A stretch of DNA of 63,625 nucleotides, filler included. It is 11 parts of 11 records of this genome, joined end to end, with 100 filler letters (N's around TTAATTAATTAA, not from the genome) between each part and the next. Parts side by side here need not be neighbours in the genome. Positions count along the whole stretch, not along the records: positions 57,424 to 63,625 come from SRR31156797_206791; 10 more parts are not named here. One strand, written 5' to 3'. A program made the position numbers and the translations under genes. Shown here in pieces: positions 61,154-63,625 of the stretch (positions are counted from its first letter, which is position 1; each line of letters starts with the position of its first letter). Under the pieces are notes generated by a model. The model was not told where the DNA came from, ran no database searches, and saw only the letters and a list, made by a program, of their open reading frames with translations.

Positions 61154-62200
61154 TTACTTAATCGCGGCAACCCATTTGGCGTAGAAGTCCGTAAGGTCAT
61201 ACTTTGGCATCGTCTCAATATTTTCAGCAACGAACTTCTTGACGTTATCGCGAGTGACTTTCACTCCGGGGATCAAAAATGCCCGGTATTTTGAGGGTGT
61301 TGCGGCCACGTCGAGCTTACCTTCCTTTGCCGCGAGCGCCATCATCAGGCCGAGCTGGGCTTGGTAGCGGGCGTCCTGATACTCCGTGGAGGCCATGAGG
61401 CCGTCCTCGACTGCGTCGAAGGCATCCGGAATGCCGTCGGTACCGGTGACCAGAATCTTACGAGCCATTCCGGCTTCTTTCAGAGCCGCAATAGCGCCGA
61501 TTGCCATGTTGTCATTGGCAGTCCAAACGCCATCCACATCAGGATAAGCCGCGAGGAGCTGTTTGGATATTTCGTAAGACTTGTTGGTGTCCCAATCGGC
61601 AGCCTCCCATTGGAGAAGCTTGACATCGGGATATTCCTTGAGCGCTTTTTGGAGCCCTTTAAAACGGCCAATCGCGGCGTTGTTGGAAAGCATGCCCTGA
61701 ATTGCAATGATTTTGCCTTTGTTCGGGACCTTGAACGTCTTGAAGAGCTCCGTGGCGTTGAAATACCCCTGCCCAATGGCGTCGAAACCGATATGAGCAA
61801 CCCAGTGGGGATAGCCTTCGACTTTGACGTCATCGGGCTTGTTCCACCAGTTGACCCAATAGATGCCGGCATCTTCCAGCATCTTGGCGATTGGAACGAC
61901 GTCAGGAGCCTCATTGGGATCGACGTTTACCACCATGTTGCCGCCGGTCTTCGCAATTTCGGCCTTCAAGTCGGCGAATTGCTTCTGGCTGTTGCCTTCG
62001 CTGCTTAAAATATCGACGGGTAAATCCAAGGCTTCGCCGAGTGCCTTTGCGCCTGCGGCGTAGTCGGCATGGTAGGGATTATCGAGTCCCCGGATCATAA
62101 CAACCAAGGTGGTCTTGTCCTCGGCATTGGCCTGAACAATGCCGGAAAGCATAACTGCCACTCCCGATAGCAACGCGCATATAATACTGGATATTTTCAT
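61154..62200 (-). CDS. Sugar ABC transporter substrate-binding protein (RbsB-like)
   Basis: Signal peptide; NPY, R.KG, ADW, ANDNMAIGA, TGTDG; AGGAGG RBS. Confidence 0.92.
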   Translation of the reverse strand: MKISSIICALLSGVAVMLSGIVQANAEDKTTLVVMIRGLDNPYHADYAAGAKALGEALDLPVDILSSEGNSQKQFADLKAEIAKTGGNMVVNVDPNEAPDVVPIAKMLEDAGIYWVNWWNKPDDVKVEGYPHWVAHIGFDAIGQGYFNATELFKTFKVPNKGKIIAIQGMLSNNAAIGRFKGLQKALKEYPDVKLLQWEAADWDTNKSYEISKQLLAAYPDVDGVWTANDNMAIGAIAALKEAGMARKILVTGTDGIPDAFDAVEDGLMASTEYQDARYQAQLGLMMALAAKEGKLDVAATPSKYRAFLIPGVKVTRDNVKKFVAENIETMPKYDLTDFYAKWVAAIK

Positions 62201-62289
62201 TTCTATTCACCTCCTGTGTTTGGGACATTGTCCAACAGACCCAAGGTCTGTTCAGAGTTTTATTGTGCAGTTCTAGTGCTGCACTCTCT

Positions 62290-63051
62290 CTATTGAGCGG
62301 TTAACCCTCCGTCGACAACGACTGCTGACCCAGTCATGAACAATGCATCATCCGAGACGATGTAAAGGATGGCCTTTGCGACGTCCTCGGCGGTGCCAAT
62401 TCTTTCAAGAACCTGCCAGGTTGCTTTGCTTTCGGCCGGATTTGCATCTGGACGATAGTGGCCGACCACGGCATCACCCATTTCGGTGTCGATCATGCCC
62501 GGGCAGACGCAGTTCACGCGTACATTGTAGGGCGCGAAATCCAGAGCCATGCTCCGCGTCAGATTGATGACGGCGCCCTTGGACGCCGCATAAGCCGACG
62601 CATCGGCAGCGCCGACCATCCCCGCCACGGAGGCAACGTTGGCAACAACCCCGCACTTTCTTTCAAGCATTGACGGGACGAATTGCTTTGAGACGAGAAA
62701 GACGCTCTTGATATTCGTATTGATGACCGCGTCCCAAGTCGCCTCGCTTAAGTCGACGGCGGTCCCCGGTCTCCAAATACCGGCGTTATTTACAAGGATG
62801 TCGATGGGTCCGAATTCGGCCATGATCGCTGTTGCGACTTGAGTAATTTCATCCGAATTGCCGACGTCAAGCTTCCGAAAAAAGCAGTTTCCGCCCGCAG
62901 CTTTAATCTCGGAACTGGTCGCATTACCTTTCGCCACATCAAGGTCCAGCAAGATAACCTGTGCCCCCTGCGCAGCGAGTTCCTGAGCTGTCGCACGGCC
63001 GATCCCGCTTGCCGCGCCCGTTACCACCGCCCTTTTTCCTTTCAACCTCAT
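62290..63051 (-). CDS. Short-chain dehydrogenase/reductase
   Basis: TGAASGIG, NNAG, S...YAASK, VCPGMIDT, VDGG; probable ATG at 63051. Confidence 0.93.
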   Translation of the reverse strand: MRLKGKRAVVTGAASGIGRATAQELAAQGAQVILLDLDVAKGNATSSEIKAAGGNCFFRKLDVGNSDEITQVATAIMAEFGPIDILVNNAGIWRPGTAVDLSEATWDAVINTNIKSVFLVSKQFVPSMLERKCGVVANVASVAGMVGAADASAYAASKGAVINLTRSMALDFAPYNVRVNCVCPGMIDTEMGDAVVGHYRPDANPAESKATWQVLERIGTAEDVAKAILYIVSDDALFMTGSAVVVDGGLTAQ

Positions 63052-63458
63052 AACTATTTCCTTTGCCTCGATAGTCGCGTCACAAATGCGATCCGACAAA
63101 TGGCCGGTACAGAAATGGTGAGACCGAAATCATTGGCGGCCGCCATGCCGTCGATGACGGCGTGCGCGTAGTCGTGACAGGCAATAGCGCGGGTCACAGC
63201 GCGATAATTGGGCACAGCAGGACGGCTGGTCAGTTCATCCTTGCGCCGTCGGTCGTAGGGGCCTCGGCCTATGCTGCGCAGTTCTCCGACGGCAGCAAGA
63301 CGCTGCAGGCCATTGTCGACGATGACGCGGCCACCAAGATCGGCAAAGTCGCCGCGCATCCGACCCAGATCGAGATCAACCGATGCGAGTATCCGGGAGC
63401 AAACGTCGACACTTTGCGCTAGAGCTGCCATTTCCAAAACATGCCACACCGCCAAGAG

Positions 63459-63478
63459 AAATGCAACATGTTACATTT
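63459..63478. promoter_or_regulatory. Palindromic operator candidate
   Basis: AAATGCAACA|TGTTACATTT, 20 bp with one mismatch, upstream of the SDR-ABC operon. Confidence 0.55.
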
Positions 63479-63625
63479 ATTTTGTGCGGTAGGCCCGGCT
63501 CGCCAACCTGGCGCGGTCGATATCAAAGAAGGCGCAGCCGCAATCGGCATTCTGCCGAACGGAAGATCCGCATCGTGCTTCCGACGTTTTTTTAGGAGGG
63601 ACCGATCGCTATTCGGGGTATCCGC

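Noticed and set aside
1-63625. CRISPR arrays, rRNA genes, known riboswitches, phage structural genes
   Set aside because: No repeat-spacer periodicity or recognisable consensus found by eye. A covariance-model scan would be needed to exclude riboswitches formally.

Overview
This window is not one genome. It is 11 unrelated contigs of about 5-7 kb, joined by identical 100-nt artificial linkers (N-run, TTAATTAATTAA, N-run), so synteny across linkers is meaningless. Taxonomic labels are impressions from gene content. (1) 1-6331, spirochaete-like: lipoproteins, an FKBP, and a TetR-controlled pair of reductive dehalogenase/QueG-superfamily Fe-S proteins with a clear double operator. (2) 6432-13169: LivF-Tm-1(UPF0261) fusion, TIM-barrel partner, flotillin, SRPBCC and SRPBCC-quinone reductase. 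(3) 13270-18341, planctomycete-like: TPR/CBM9/LamG protein plus sensor kinase. (4) 18442-23515: flavodoxin and an atypical xanthine-oxidase-family enzyme with a GltD-like fusion. (5) 23616-29378, clostridial: SLH proteins, GH18, and a small basic gene with an intrinsic terminator inside its ORF. (6) 29479-34636: hydrolase, GH127-like, GH2. (7) 34737-40602: D-amino-acid-type catabolic cluster. (8) 40703-45808: two large secreted proteins. (9) 45909-52013: idnD-like, aminotransferase, 2-hydroxyacid dehydrogenase, gdhA, IS6 relic and an att-like end. (10) 52114-57323: ilvC end, lipoprotein, a RelBE-like TA pair bracketed by a diverged copy of the host gene 3' end, rtcB, GH89. (11) 57424-63625: sugar ABC transporter and SDR. 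The best candidate for an undescribed system is the 69-aa gene at 26024-26233, which has the architecture of a nonstop-mRNA-regulated alternative ribosome rescue factor (ArfA/BrfA logic). All family assignments are from motif recognition by eye; no database searches were run.
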